DNA of 64,000 nucleotides, from positions 1 to 64,000 of IMG/VR virus record IMGVR_UViG_3300019762_000005; one strand, 5' to 3'. This document shows, piece by piece, positions 10,868 to 20,133 of the stretch. Each line of letters opens with the position of its first letter. The first letter of the stretch is position 1. The position numbers and the translations under genes were made by a program. Origin of the DNA: a virus. The notes under the pieces are model-generated. The model ran no database searches and was not told the origin of the DNA. It saw nothing but the letters and a program-made list of their open reading frames with translations.

Positions 10868-11923
10868 TTAGTTGCTACATCCGCAGTCTTCAGTAAAGAA
10901 TCCACAGATTTTGTTTAAAGTTGTTATAATTTCTGAACTATCTGTTACACTCAAGCAAGTAAGACCTGCTTTAACACCGTCCAATAGTAATTGTGCTTCT
11001 AATACTTTGTCTTCTAAAGCTTTGAATGCAGTATCAGAACACTTATCTGTAGATGCATATTTAGCCCAAAGACCATCTATACAGTTCTGAGCATTGCAGT
11101 AGAAGAATCTCTTTTGAGTAAGTAGTGTTCTAGTGTATGCTGGTTGATGGTATCTATATACATCCATCTTGTAGGCGAACTCATAGTATCCATCTGTCTG
11201 ACCCCAAGTATGTTCTGGCAAGTCAAAAGACCCAGTATGAGTTGTAGGCCAATTGTTTGTAACAGTAGTTACTACAAATGTAGTAAGATTAAGCGTTTTC
11301 TCTACCAATACTATAGTGTCTACAACGTTTCCATTAATATCTTTAACTTCTATATATAGCTTTGTTAATACAGTGAAGCCATTCAAAGGATAAGTACCAG
11401 GATTAATAGTCCATCCGTTATCATTATCAGGAGAACCTCCGTCTATAGAAGTAGTTTCCTTAATGTTCAACTTGTTGCAAGTACTAGCCATACATATAGT
11501 AAGAGATGTTTCTGGTAGTGGAACTTGGTACAAGAATGCTGGATTCAATAAGCTGTACTTGTATGCTGCAGATGTAGGTGTACACGCTGTGTCAAACGTA
11601 TATGTAGCTTCAGCCTCGTAGTCTCCATCTCCATGAGCATAAGGAAATGTTCCTAAAGAGAATCTATCTGTAGGTGTCGCAGGAAGATTAGCTATAGGAA
11701 CAATTATAGTTTCTATTAATACTCTTATTGCTGGATTGGTATCAAATATATCTATCGAAATACCTGTTACGTTTCCAGTTCCTGCTGCTGGATCTGCTGG
11801 ATTACAATACCCTGCAGAACCCCATCCGTCAGTAACTCCACCAGTAAGCAATCCAGAGACATCAAATATCTCTATAGTGCTACTATCGTCATTACCTCTT
11901 ACTTCTATTTTTGGTACAAACAT
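10868..11923 (-). CDS. Putative large tail hub protein
   Basis: Two similar beta-rich modules (each with a GW..G motif and a DG.Y motif) and a Cys-rich helical C-terminus ending CGCSN; synteny. Confidence 0.55.
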   Translation of the reverse strand: MFVPKIEVRGNDDSSTIEIFDVSGLLTGGVTDGWGSAGYCNPADPAAGTGNVTGISIDIFDTNPAIRVLIETIIVPIANLPATPTDRFSLGTFPYAHGDGDYEAEATYTFDTACTPTSAAYKYSLLNPAFLYQVPLPETSLTICMASTCNKLNIKETTSIDGGSPDNDNGWTINPGTYPLNGFTVLTKLYIEVKDINGNVVDTIVLVEKTLNLTTFVVTTVTNNWPTTHTGSFDLPEHTWGQTDGYYEFAYKMDVYRYHQPAYTRTLLTQKRFFYCNAQNCIDGLWAKYASTDKCSDTAFKALEDKVLEAQLLLDGVKAGLTCLSVTDSSEIITTLNKICGFFTEDCGCSN

Positions 11924-12519
11924 TAAAATTTCGTTTTTAGAGGAAGCTTTATACCTGCCTCATGTTCATTATTGCTGTTAAGTCTTATGTTGTGCTGATA
12001 AAATATCTGCATGTCGTTCTTTAGCTTCACTGTAGCATTCAGTCCAATCTTCGTTACTGTACTATCGAATCCTACTGATCCACCTACAAATAACATATTC
12101 TTCTTTGCTGAAATATACTTTTCAATTATTAGAGAATCAGTATTTGTTACTACCCTCTCAACCTCTATTGTTTTGACAGGACACATTACACTGTAATTGA
12201 AATTGCTTTCCACTATTGTTCCATCCACTACAGCTGTAAAGTTAGCTTTTAAATCTGGCTTCATAACATGATACGTGTAATTCATGTATTGATTCGAATC
12301 CAAGTACACGGTATCAGGCTTTAGATACACATACCTAGTAGGGCCTTCTTTGTATTCTATAAAACTGTCAACTCTTGTTACAGTATCTGAAGTGTGTACA
12401 TATCGAATAACCTCTTTCTCTATAGTCTCAGAATGATCCCTTTTGCAGGAGTTAATCTGTGAAACCACAAAGAATGACATTACAGATAATAGTAACGCTA
12501 ATAATAAATTTGCTCTCAT
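11923..12519 (-). CDS. Membrane-anchored lysis accessory protein (spanin-like)
   Basis: N-terminal TM, DTV/DSL repeats, C-terminal beta-strands ending in F; adjacent to endolysin. Confidence 0.5.
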   Translation of the reverse strand: MRANLLLALLLSVMSFFVVSQINSCKRDHSETIEKEVIRYVHTSDTVTRVDSFIEYKEGPTRYVYLKPDTVYLDSNQYMNYTYHVMKPDLKANFTAVVDGTIVESNFNYSVMCPVKTIEVERVVTNTDSLIIEKYISAKKNMLFVGGSVGFDSTVTKIGLNATVKLKNDMQIFYQHNIRLNSNNEHEAGIKLPLKTKF

Positions 12520-12992
12520 ACGTCAAAAAGGTACACTTTTGGATTATCAATATCACAATGAACGTCAAGGTGTACCCAAGATATTGGCTTACCGTTCTTG
12601 TTATGTTCTAGTCTTAATCTGTAAGGGAATAAATCTTCGTTAGCTACAATCCACATTCTAACTTGTTCAGCTGTCATACCTTCTACTTTGAAGTCTAACG
12701 CCTTACCCATTATGTGAGCAGATAAGTATAATCTCCCTTTCTTTGTCCTGTTCTTCAGGACGTCAGTCATGTTATCCCTAAGTCCTCTCTCATCGTATAT
12801 ACCACCTTTCTTCCAAGTGTTAGCTGTGAAAGGTAGGTTCAAATTCTTTCTGAGTATAAGTATCGTCTCAAGTAGCCTGGGACATAGAAACCTCCAAGCA
12901 GCTTCTCCATACTTTTTGTAGACTATTGGACCTACTAGTTCCTCTATACTGAAAAACTTTTTAATTCCTTTATAAACTTCTTCTTCAGTCAT
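12516..12992 (-). CDS. Endolysin, peptidase M15 family
   Basis: SAHIMGKALDF (H-x6-D) and WVHLD zinc-binding motifs. Confidence 0.85.
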   Translation of the reverse strand: MTEEEVYKGIKKFFSIEELVGPIVYKKYGEAAWRFLCPRLLETILILRKNLNLPFTANTWKKGGIYDERGLRDNMTDVLKNRTKKGRLYLSAHIMGKALDFKVEGMTAEQVRMWIVANEDLFPYRLRLEHNKNGKPISWVHLDVHCDIDNPKVYLFDV

Positions 12993-13830
12993 GTAGTATT
13001 CCTATTTCTGTACCTTGTACGTATGATTTGTAAGTTTCCGAAGGTTTGAATATCATTGGCTGTATGCTTGACTTCTTTTTCATAAAGATCATTTCAACGT
13101 TTTTACCGTCTTCTACTGCGTCTCTTCCGTCTTGAATATCCTTGATAAGATTCGCTCTAAAAAGCAATCTAGGAATTGAAAGTATCCCTTGTATAATGTT
13201 GTCGTTTCTGAAATCGTGTACTGGATCTTCCTCATCAAGAACAATAGCTCTTACTATATCAGAGTTCTGAATAGCGTAATCTATCGGCAAGGAAGTAGAA
13301 AACCCTCCATCTCCGTATTCTACACCATCTACAAATTCTGTAGCTGTGTAAGGATATGCTAATGTCGAAATCCAAACCCACTTTGTAAACTCCTTCCAGT
13401 TGTGGTCCATGTTAGACTTGTATAGGGATTTACTAGTGCTCATGTCTGTTACTACTACAACAATCTCTTTGCCTTCTTTCTTGAGTCTTCTGTGAGTCTC
13501 TTGAGTGTACTCTCTTCGTATTGTTTCTAGTAGCTTGTTAGTAGTTCCAATAGGATTCTCCATTACAAAGTTCCATGCTAGAACACCTTTTCTAAGCTCT
13601 CCGCTACTATCAAATGGTGCTCTATCGTATATAGATTTGTTAGTAGAAGAAAGAAAAAGCTTTTTAGCTTCAGAGTTCTTTCCTTGAGCGATCATAATAC
13701 ATACCAAAGCTCCTGTACTAGTGCCTACGTATAAGTCGTAGCTTCTTCTTCTGATAGATTCTACACCTACAGCAAAAGCTCCGTTGAAGCCTCCGCCAGA
13801 TATTACTATTGAATTAATCTTTTTTTTCAT
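12985..13830 (-). CDS. Patatin-like phospholipase
   Basis: SGGGFNG oxyanion loop, GTSTG nucleophile elbow, DGG catalytic Asp motif. Confidence 0.9.
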   Translation of the reverse strand: MKKKINSIVISGGGFNGAFAVGVESIRRRSYDLYVGTSTGALVCIMIAQGKNSEAKKLFLSSTNKSIYDRAPFDSSGELRKGVLAWNFVMENPIGTTNKLLETIRREYTQETHRRLKKEGKEIVVVVTDMSTSKSLYKSNMDHNWKEFTKWVWISTLAYPYTATEFVDGVEYGDGGFSTSLPIDYAIQNSDIVRAIVLDEEDPVHDFRNDNIIQGILSIPRLLFRANLIKDIQDGRDAVEDGKNVEMIFMKKKSSIQPMIFKPSETYKSYVQGTEIGILHD

Positions 13831-14347
13831 CTGTCGGTAATTTAATGTTTAACCAAGACTTTGCTTTCTTAAGTATAGGCATAAATTCATCCCATCCGAG
13901 ACGAATAAAGTTCTCTATGTTTGATATGAAAAAGTTTATCAGTACAAAATTGAAGAAGGCATAGTGCAACCATTCATAATAATTGAATTCTACACCAAAT
14001 ATAGGTTTAATCTTTACGTTGTTTGCTAATACGTGAGCGAACCCAATCATCAACATGTACACAAATAGCTTTACCCAACCCCTCTGAAACTTATTGGATT
14101 CAAAAGGCTTTCCTTCTTTCTTTGAAGCCTTGATTCCAGACCACATTTCTACAGCAAACAACCCTAACATTACCACTCCTACTACAGACTCTATGCCCAC
14201 AAACTGTTCAAAGTAGTAGGCTAGTGTAGCTAGTATTACGGAAGAGGTGGCCAATATCCCTTTAGTGTTATGGAATAAGCTGTCTAAAAAATCATTGTAG
14301 TCTCTGAAGCCTAAAAATAGGAATGTTGTATGGATAATCTTTTTCAT
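13814..14347 (-). CDS. Holin
   Basis: 3-4 TM segments, SGIKASKKEG..FESNK, SNIENFIRLG; heads the lysis cassette. Confidence 0.75.
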   Translation of the reverse strand: MKKIIHTTFLFLGFRDYNDFLDSLFHNTKGILATSSVILATLAYYFEQFVGIESVVGVVMLGLFAVEMWSGIKASKKEGKPFESNKFQRGWVKLFVYMLMIGFAHVLANNVKIKPIFGVEFNYYEWLHYAFFNFVLINFFISNIENFIRLGWDEFMPILKKAKSWLNIKLPTDEKKD

Positions 14348-14365
14348 AGTCGTTTTTTATTATTG

Positions 14366-14373
14366 CAAATATA
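14366..14373 (-). promoter_or_regulatory. Bacteroidota -7 promoter element upstream of lysis cassette
   Basis: TATATTTG, 18 nt upstream of holin ATG. Confidence 0.6.
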
Positions 14374-14377
14374 GAAA

Positions 14378-14656
14378 TTATTTCTCTACTTCTACAGTTC
14401 CCCAATGATCTTTCCCTCTGAGCCTGCCTCTATTGGACTTTCTTAAAACTTTATTGTTGTTCACCTCAAATTCAAAAAGCTCGTCTTCAGAGCAAGGAAA
14501 CACTGTTCCATCTACACAATGCACTATCAATTGCCTAGACTTCTTCTCTACCTTGATGTAGTCAACTACTTTTAACTCTTCTTCGTAATATATTCTTGCC
14601 CCTGAGCAAGTGACGTTTAACGCCATTTCTGTGAATGAAAATATTCCTTTTGCCAT
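14378..14656 (-). CDS. Hypothetical protein
   Basis: Co-oriented ORF, tight spacing. Confidence 0.6.
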   Translation of the reverse strand: MAKGIFSFTEMALNVTCSGARIYYEEELKVVDYIKVEKKSRQLIVHCVDGTVFPCSEDELFEFEVNNNKVLRKSNRGRLRGKDHWGTVEVEK

Positions 14657-14660
14657 CTTT

Positions 14661-15359
14661 TTATACTTTTACTCCGTATCTAAACCATTTCATTAAATCT
14701 TCTCTAAGAGGACTCATGTTCCCATCACCAGCATTTCCTAAAAAGCCTTGGGAGTCAAGCCCTACCGTTGCGTATACTGTTCCTGGAGTGTCTTCTATAA
14801 AGTCGAAAAATCCAACTCCCATACCTGGGCTGTCTACAGTACCTTTTAGTGCTTGACGTTCATAAGCAGCAGAAAGATTCTGCGTTAAAGAGAAAAAAGA
14901 AGCTGCTTCTCCTAAAGGTAGATGCTTTCCTATTATAAAGTATAAATACTCATCGTTCATCCTTTTAGAGCAAGCCTCTATGTTTTTAATGTGATCCTTT
15001 GAAAAAGCTACTAAAAGAGTTTCTCTGGCTTGTTCTAAAGAGTAACCTTTACCCATCAAGTACGGAACAGAATCAGTATCAGAAGAAAGGTCTAAGGCAA
15101 TCAATGCATCTTTATCTCCGTCTGTTAGTAAAGCCCAACCGTTAGTATTTAAATAGTCTTTACACCATTGCTTAGCAACGCTATATTCTTCTATTGAATT
15201 ATTGAAATTTTTAAACCATTCTTCTATAGAATCCACTAACATAGAGTTAGGTTCTGATAGGTTTTCAGAAGTAAAGTACTCAAATTTTACATTTGGATCT
15301 TCAGCTATTAAAGCTGAATATGTTTTTCCTGCTGGAATTATTCTGTGTAAGTGTAACAT
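14661..15359 (-). CDS. Hypothetical protein (fibre-associated?)
   Basis: 232-aa ORF in fibre cluster. Confidence 0.6.
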   Translation of the reverse strand: MLHLHRIIPAGKTYSALIAEDPNVKFEYFTSENLSEPNSMLVDSIEEWFKNFNNSIEEYSVAKQWCKDYLNTNGWALLTDGDKDALIALDLSSDTDSVPYLMGKGYSLEQARETLLVAFSKDHIKNIEACSKRMNDEYLYFIIGKHLPLGEAASFFSLTQNLSAAYERQALKGTVDSPGMGVGFFDFIEDTPGTVYATVGLDSQGFLGNAGDGNMSPLREDLMKWFRYGVKV

Positions 15360-15360
15360 A

Positions 15361-15918
15361 TTATAATATTTTTTGCCAACGGCTTATATTTGTATTGTAA
15401 ACTGCCATGAACCCAGTCTTAGAAGGTACATTCATGTTCGAACCTATGTCCCATCTATGTATAGCAAGACTGTTAGAATCTTGATTTCTAAGGTTAATAT
15501 TGAAATTTCCTTGATTGAAAAAGAAAACTGGTTGACTGGTATTGGCAGGAACTAACCCTCTTATTCTTCTATTATTTGAAGTAGAAGAAAGATATACTAT
15601 AGTTACATTATCTAGATTTCCTGTACCAGCTGGATCGTAGTCATCCTGATGACTCGAAAAAGAAATTGGAGTTATAGAGCTAGAAGAAATGTTTAACCCT
15701 GTAGGTGAGATTACAGAAGCCACACTAATCTCTCTAACGCTTTCAGATACTAGCCCATCAATATTTACATAAGCATAATTTCCATTATTAAATCTAAATG
15801 TTTTATCATTGTAAGCAGGATTTGGAAGAGCTGCATTTAACTCTGCTAAATCTATAGCTTTAAAATGCACTGGTGTCTGAATTAATACAGATCCACCTGT
15901 TACGGATGTTATTGCCAT
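15361..15918 (-). CDS. Putative fibre/structural protein
   Basis: Beta-rich, C-terminal AVYNTNISRWQ; fibre cluster. Confidence 0.5.
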   Translation of the reverse strand: MAITSVTGGSVLIQTPVHFKAIDLAELNAALPNPAYNDKTFRFNNGNYAYVNIDGLVSESVREISVASVISPTGLNISSSSITPISFSSHQDDYDPAGTGNLDNVTIVYLSSTSNNRRIRGLVPANTSQPVFFFNQGNFNINLRNQDSNSLAIHRWDIGSNMNVPSKTGFMAVYNTNISRWQKIL

Positions 15919-15924
15919 GTTCTA

Positions 15925-17130
15925 TTAATTTTCTAAAACCGATTTTGCTACAGCTATACCTGTGTATCTAGCACCAGCAACTAACGTGACAGGAGCTACA
16001 TTTAATATGTCAATTCTGTAAATCGGATTGTCTTTGTTTACTAAAGCACCTAACTGTACTTCGTCTTCTTCAACTCCAGTCATTGTAAAATTCTGACCAT
16101 TCATAGAGAACTCAGAAATTCTATCAAACTTTGTAGGCTCTACATTCAACTGTAACTTATACCCTAACTTAAGCTTTGAAACATTCAAAGGAAGATTTAC
16201 GCTATTCACGATATGAGTAGCATAGTCAGCATACCCAGCAGGACTAGGATGTACATCATCAGCAAAGCTATTAGCTCTCAATGTTGAGTAGTTTCTAGTT
16301 CCTCCGGTAGACCAATCCAAGTAGTCAACTATCGTTACTTGTGGATTATTAGTCTTAAAATCTCCTTCAAGCCAAGTGTTGATTTCTAAAGCCTTAGCTT
16401 CTCTAGTAGCATTATAAGCGGCATGAGAACCAATATTGGCTACTACCAAATCTATATTATTGTCTAAACAGCTTTGAGCAAAGAACTCAAAATTGTTCTT
16501 TATTGTTTGCGAAGGAGTGTTATGAAACACATCGTTTATTCCACAATGTAAGAAAACTGCTGTAGGCTTTTGACCTCCAAAGTCTAAAGTCCTTGTTCCT
16601 CTTCCATCGCCTACGTTTGTATCAATAGCTAATACATCTCTGCTCCATCTGTTACGAACCATTTGAGTAGTTTGACCACCTATACCTTGATTGATTATAG
16701 GGATGTTCCAGTGTTGTGCTAACTCATAGCTCAATTGACCTGGCTCAGAAATGTTTAATGGATCATAAATATTTGCTGCTGGATGTAATCTTCCGTGCAA
16801 AGTAGGATGTCCTTCTGATATAGAATCTCCTATTACGACCATATAAGGAAGTACTAAGTCAATACTTTTCTCATTTAAATTAGCAATCAATACACCTCCA
16901 TATCCAGTTCTGTTTAAATGTCCAAGAGTATTAACGTCAGATGGCTTCCATAATGAAGGTGATAAACGAGTAGATGCATCTACACAAGCAACATCTATTT
17001 CCTTGTATATTGGCTGTTCATTTGTTCCTCCTGAATTGTTAGACCCTCCGCTATTGTCACAAGGGCAAGTTGTAGAAGTCGAGATTGATCCATCGTCGAA
17101 TACTGTAATGTAATTAGTTATATTAGGCAT
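15925..17130 (-). CDS. SGNH/GDSL hydrolase-domain protein, probably virion-associated
   Basis: Blocks GDSISEG, NQGIGG, GIND and DDVHP all intact. Confidence 0.85.
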   Translation of the reverse strand: MPNITNYITVFDDGSISTSTTCPCDNSGGSNNSGGTNEQPIYKEIDVACVDASTRLSPSLWKPSDVNTLGHLNRTGYGGVLIANLNEKSIDLVLPYMVVIGDSISEGHPTLHGRLHPAANIYDPLNISEPGQLSYELAQHWNIPIINQGIGGQTTQMVRNRWSRDVLAIDTNVGDGRGTRTLDFGGQKPTAVFLHCGINDVFHNTPSQTIKNNFEFFAQSCLDNNIDLVVANIGSHAAYNATREAKALEINTWLEGDFKTNNPQVTIVDYLDWSTGGTRNYSTLRANSFADDVHPSPAGYADYATHIVNSVNLPLNVSKLKLGYKLQLNVEPTKFDRISEFSMNGQNFTMTGVEEDEVQLGALVNKDNPIYRIDILNVAPVTLVAGARYTGIAVAKSVLEN

Positions 17131-17150
17131 TTGTCTTAAAATTTTAATGT

Positions 17151-18179
17151 TTATGAAATTATATTTCCATCAGAAACTCTTCTGAAGTTTGTTCCGTCAC
17201 CCACAGCAATAGTATGTCCTCCTGACTCATCTGTTACTACTATAACACTACCATTTCTAGCAGTTAAAGCTAAAGCTGTAGCTACAGTAAATACGTTATT
17301 CAATTGGAATTGACCGTCTCTATGAACAGTTGTTTTTACAGCTCCGTCTATTAACACTTGTTGTTCTACTGTACCATCTGTATTAGATACAGCTTTAATC
17401 TCATTAGTAGTAGACATCCTAGTAGCTCCTGTCCAATACTCAGAATCCATCCTTATAGTAGAGGTCTTCTGGAGATTGGTTACTGAAGAAGCATCGTTTA
17501 AAAGAAATATTGTAGTGTCGTCTACCTGCTTCTGTATAGTAGCAAAAGTATATGCATTAGTAGCGTCTCTTATGTCAAACTTACTACTTCTAGTAGCTAG
17601 ATATGTAGAGTTTGTAAAGTTAGAATCTCTAAGTATTGTAGTATCTATCTTTAAGTACCAATTTATAGGAGCTGTTATAGCTGAAGTTACCAATGATGCA
17701 TTCCCGAAAGAAGCATTAGTAGAGGTAGAAAAAGCACCTGTAACTGATAAAGCAGCTCCATTTATTTTTGCATGCCCCTCACTAGGTCCTATTGACAATC
17801 CTCCAGTTGAACCTGAAGCATAGAAATGTGATCTTCCAACACTATTCATATTGAAGTAGTTGTCCTTAGTCTCGTCTCCTACTTTAAATACGTGTTGACC
17901 TGCTTCTGCGAATATTTCAAATTTGTGAGTAGTAGGTGCAGTTCCAACTCCTACTCTATTAGTATTTGCATCTACAAGCAGGTCTCCTGAGATTGAAGTT
18001 AATCCAGATGCACCTCCACTTCTAGGATCTATAAAAGAAACTCCAGCAGTATCCTGTATTCTGTCTCCATTAGAAACAATTATATGTTGACCTCCAGTAA
18101 AGTTTCCAATATCTAGAGTCTCGTCAAGGTTCTCTCCTCCTCCTTGAGGAGTTCTTATTTCGGTTGAAGTATTCGCCAT
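17151..18179 (-). CDS. Tail fibre protein (likely start ATG 18179)
   Basis: LDETLDIGN, NRVGVGTAP, C-terminal VTDESGG..IAVGDGTNFRRVSD fibre-tip-like motif. Confidence 0.7.
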   Translation of the reverse strand: MANTSTEIRTPQGGGENLDETLDIGNFTGGQHIIVSNGDRIQDTAGVSFIDPRSGGASGLTSISGDLLVDANTNRVGVGTAPTTHKFEIFAEAGQHVFKVGDETKDNYFNMNSVGRSHFYASGSTGGLSIGPSEGHAKINGAALSVTGAFSTSTNASFGNASLVTSAITAPINWYLKIDTTILRDSNFTNSTYLATRSSKFDIRDATNAYTFATIQKQVDDTTIFLLNDASSVTNLQKTSTIRMDSEYWTGATRMSTTNEIKAVSNTDGTVEQQVLIDGAVKTTVHRDGQFQLNNVFTVATALALTARNGSVIVVTDESGGHTIAVGDGTNFRRVSDGNIIS

Positions 18180-18183
18180 ATTG

Positions 18184-18191
18184 CAAATATA
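18184..18191 (-). promoter_or_regulatory. Bacteroidota -7 promoter element
   Basis: TATATTTG, 4 nt upstream of ATG 18179, directly after a terminator. Confidence 0.65.
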
Positions 18192-18192
18192 T

Positions 18193-18222
18193 AAAAAAAG
18201 AGGACACATTTTTATCTCCTCT
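18193..18222 (-). terminator. Intrinsic terminator
   Basis: Minus strand AGAGGA...TCCTCT stem followed by a T run. Confidence 0.6.
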
Positions 18223-18240
18223 AATTGATTGGTTAATAAA

Positions 18241-18555
18241 TTATGATAACCAGCTAACGAAAGCTGTTTGACCTGCTACAGGAGTTACTGTAATAGATGT
18301 AGGAGATACATTGTCTACGTCATCACTCACTGAAAAATCTTGTGTAGATACTGCTCCTGGAATTGTAGCTACATATCCTCCGGTACAAGCTATATCTCCA
18401 AAAGCCCCTGTTCCGTCTCCTAAATTTGCTACAGAGAATGACTTTACACCTGCAGGTATTACTGCTGGAACTCCGTTTGTAGCTAAGACAGAGTTAGGTG
18501 TTAAATTTATAGGTGTCTGTACCTGTATAATATTTACTGAACTTGATGTACTCAT
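18241..18555 (-). CDS. Small beta-rich structural protein (head fibre-like)
   Basis: 104 aa rich in T/S/V/G; structural block. Confidence 0.5.
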   Translation of the reverse strand: MSTSSSVNIIQVQTPINLTPNSVLATNGVPAVIPAGVKSFSVANLGDGTGAFGDIACTGGYVATIPGAVSTQDFSVSDDVDNVSPTSITVTPVAGQTAFVSWLS

Positions 18556-18576
18556 TTCTTTTTCACTTTTAGTGGT

Positions 18577-19056
18577 TTATAAAAATATAGCTGTTATAGA
18601 GTTTTCTACCCCAGCAGTTATCGCAAATGCAACAGTTCTACCTACTTCTACGTGTAAATTATTAGACGTACTTGTAACACCATCTTTCAAAATAGTGAAT
18701 GTTCTTCCATCTCCAGCAAGAAATTCTGGTTCAGCTACAGTACCAATTGGTGGTGGAGCTATAGCATACATAATAGGCACTCCTTCTCTTTGATTCCCAT
18801 TTACTAAGGCTGTTCCTATGTCTATAGCGCTTAACCCGTTTAATGCAGGGATAGTAGATATAGTTGAGAAGTTAACCTTTGACTGGCTTTTAGACACCTC
18901 TGTTCTTGTAGGGCCTCCATCAAAGATAGTAGGAAAGCCTGATTCATCGTAGATAAAGATGTTTCCTGTATCTGTTGCTAAATACATCGTACCTCCTTCT
19001 AACTTTCCTGGTTTGTCTTTTTCAACACCGTATAGTGTTCTTAATACTGCTCTCAT
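18577..19056 (-). CDS. Putative structural protein
   Basis: GTMYLATDTGNIFIYD fibre-type motif. Confidence 0.5.
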   Translation of the reverse strand: MRAVLRTLYGVEKDKPGKLEGGTMYLATDTGNIFIYDESGFPTIFDGGPTRTEVSKSQSKVNFSTISTIPALNGLSAIDIGTALVNGNQREGVPIMYAIAPPPIGTVAEPEFLAGDGRTFTILKDGVTSTSNNLHVEVGRTVAFAITAGVENSITAIFL

Positions 19057-19202
19057 GATTCTTCTTTTTTGTTTTCTGTTTCTTGTACGTTAATCTGATT
19101 TTGAATGTTGCTGATTAATTCTGCAACTTGACTATAAGGTAAACTTGATAAAGCCTGCCCTACAATGTTTACTTCTCCTTCTGTTAATTTCAATTCAATC
19201 AT
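19053..19202 (-). CDS. Small protein, 49 aa (MIELKLTEGEVNIVGQALSSLPYSQVAELI...)
   Basis: Below the ORF-track cutoff; fills the gap exactly with ATGA overlap; ALxxLPYxxVxxLI motif common beside phage fibre genes. Confidence 0.65.
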   Translation of the reverse strand: MIELKLTEGEVNIVGQALSSLPYSQVAELISNIQNQINVQETENKKEES

Positions 19203-19212
19203 AATCCTTTTT

Positions 19213-19683
19213 TTAAGTTCTTGCATAAACGATTCTTACTAGTGATCCCGCACCTACTGTTAATACTGGAGCTGTACTTGTTGTTGTAGCGTTTCTAGGT
19301 CTTTCCCAAGAAAAAGATTCACCATTCTGTAGTGTCACAGTATTACCATCATCGTCAGCAAATGTTATTGCAGCTGCTAGTGTTATAACTCTAATGGTGT
19401 ATGATTCAGTTGTAGCTAATGGACTCCAAGTTCCTGGCCCTTGATCCGTAAGACCTGTAAATGCCGTTGTTGGAGTTGTAGTTGGCAAAGGTGGGGACAA
19501 TGCTCCAACTGGAACTATAGCTGCTCCTCCTGGGCCTGTCAAGTGACTAGTAGTCCCGTCTAAGTTTGTTATTGTGTATATAGGTGTCCCAGCTGAATCA
19601 ATAGACCAAGAGCCTGCTCCTGTTCCTGTGACAGCTCCACCTCCTCCACCTGCTGCGGGTGTAATTCCTGAAGTTAACGGCAT
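19213..19683 (-). CDS. Putative head fibre/decoration protein
   Basis: Gly/Thr-rich, beta-rich C-terminal domain. Confidence 0.5.
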   Translation of the reverse strand: MPLTSGITPAAGGGGGAVTGTGAGSWSIDSAGTPIYTITNLDGTTSHLTGPGGAAIVPVGALSPPLPTTTPTTAFTGLTDQGPGTWSPLATTESYTIRVITLAAAITFADDDGNTVTLQNGESFSWERPRNATTTSTAPVLTVGAGSLVRIVYART

Positions 19684-19686
19684 ATC

Positions 19687-20049
19687 TTAGTATTTTCTTT
19701 TATCGGTTGGTTCGGTGTAGTCTAATACTACCTCTGTTACAGTTGTGTCTGCGATTACGATTCCTTTTATAACTCTATGGAAATCTCCTTGACAGTTCTT
19801 AAATAATACAGAACCTCTAGGATGCATTATGTTAGATGCTGGTATTACACGGATGTTACCTCCTGTGTTAATCCACATCGTACAATTATATGGTAACGGT
19901 ATGAATAGACCGGTTGAATCTACTGGGTAAATCTGACCTGACTCAAGCGTTAAGCCTATTCCAGATATAGTTCCTCCTTCACATCTCGTTGGTTGAAAAT
20001 TAACTGGTGTTCCAGAGAATCCTCGTATTTTTGCAAAAATGTTTTTCAT
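19687..20049 (-). CDS. Putative head fibre/decoration protein
   Basis: 120 aa beta-rich, follows auxiliary capsid gene. Confidence 0.5.
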   Translation of the reverse strand: MKNIFAKIRGFSGTPVNFQPTRCEGGTISGIGLTLESGQIYPVDSTGLFIPLPYNCTMWINTGGNIRVIPASNIMHPRGSVLFKNCQGDFHRVIKGIVIADTTVTEVVLDYTEPTDKRKY

Positions 20050-20063
20050 ATTACGAATTTATA

Positions 20064-20103
20064 AAAAAAAAGGATGGGATCGACAGCTAACCCCACCCTT
20101 TTC
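20064..20103 (-). terminator. Intrinsic terminator after capsid operon
   Basis: Minus strand AAGGGTGGG...CCCATCCTT stem plus T run; followed by the promoter variant TAAATTCG (20054-20061). Confidence 0.7.
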
Positions 20104-20133
20104 AAGATTTTTAAAATTGTATGTTACTACGTC

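Noticed and set aside
15361-19683. Diversity-generating retroelement targeting fibres
   Set aside because: No reverse transcriptase and no template/variable repeat pair visible in the window.
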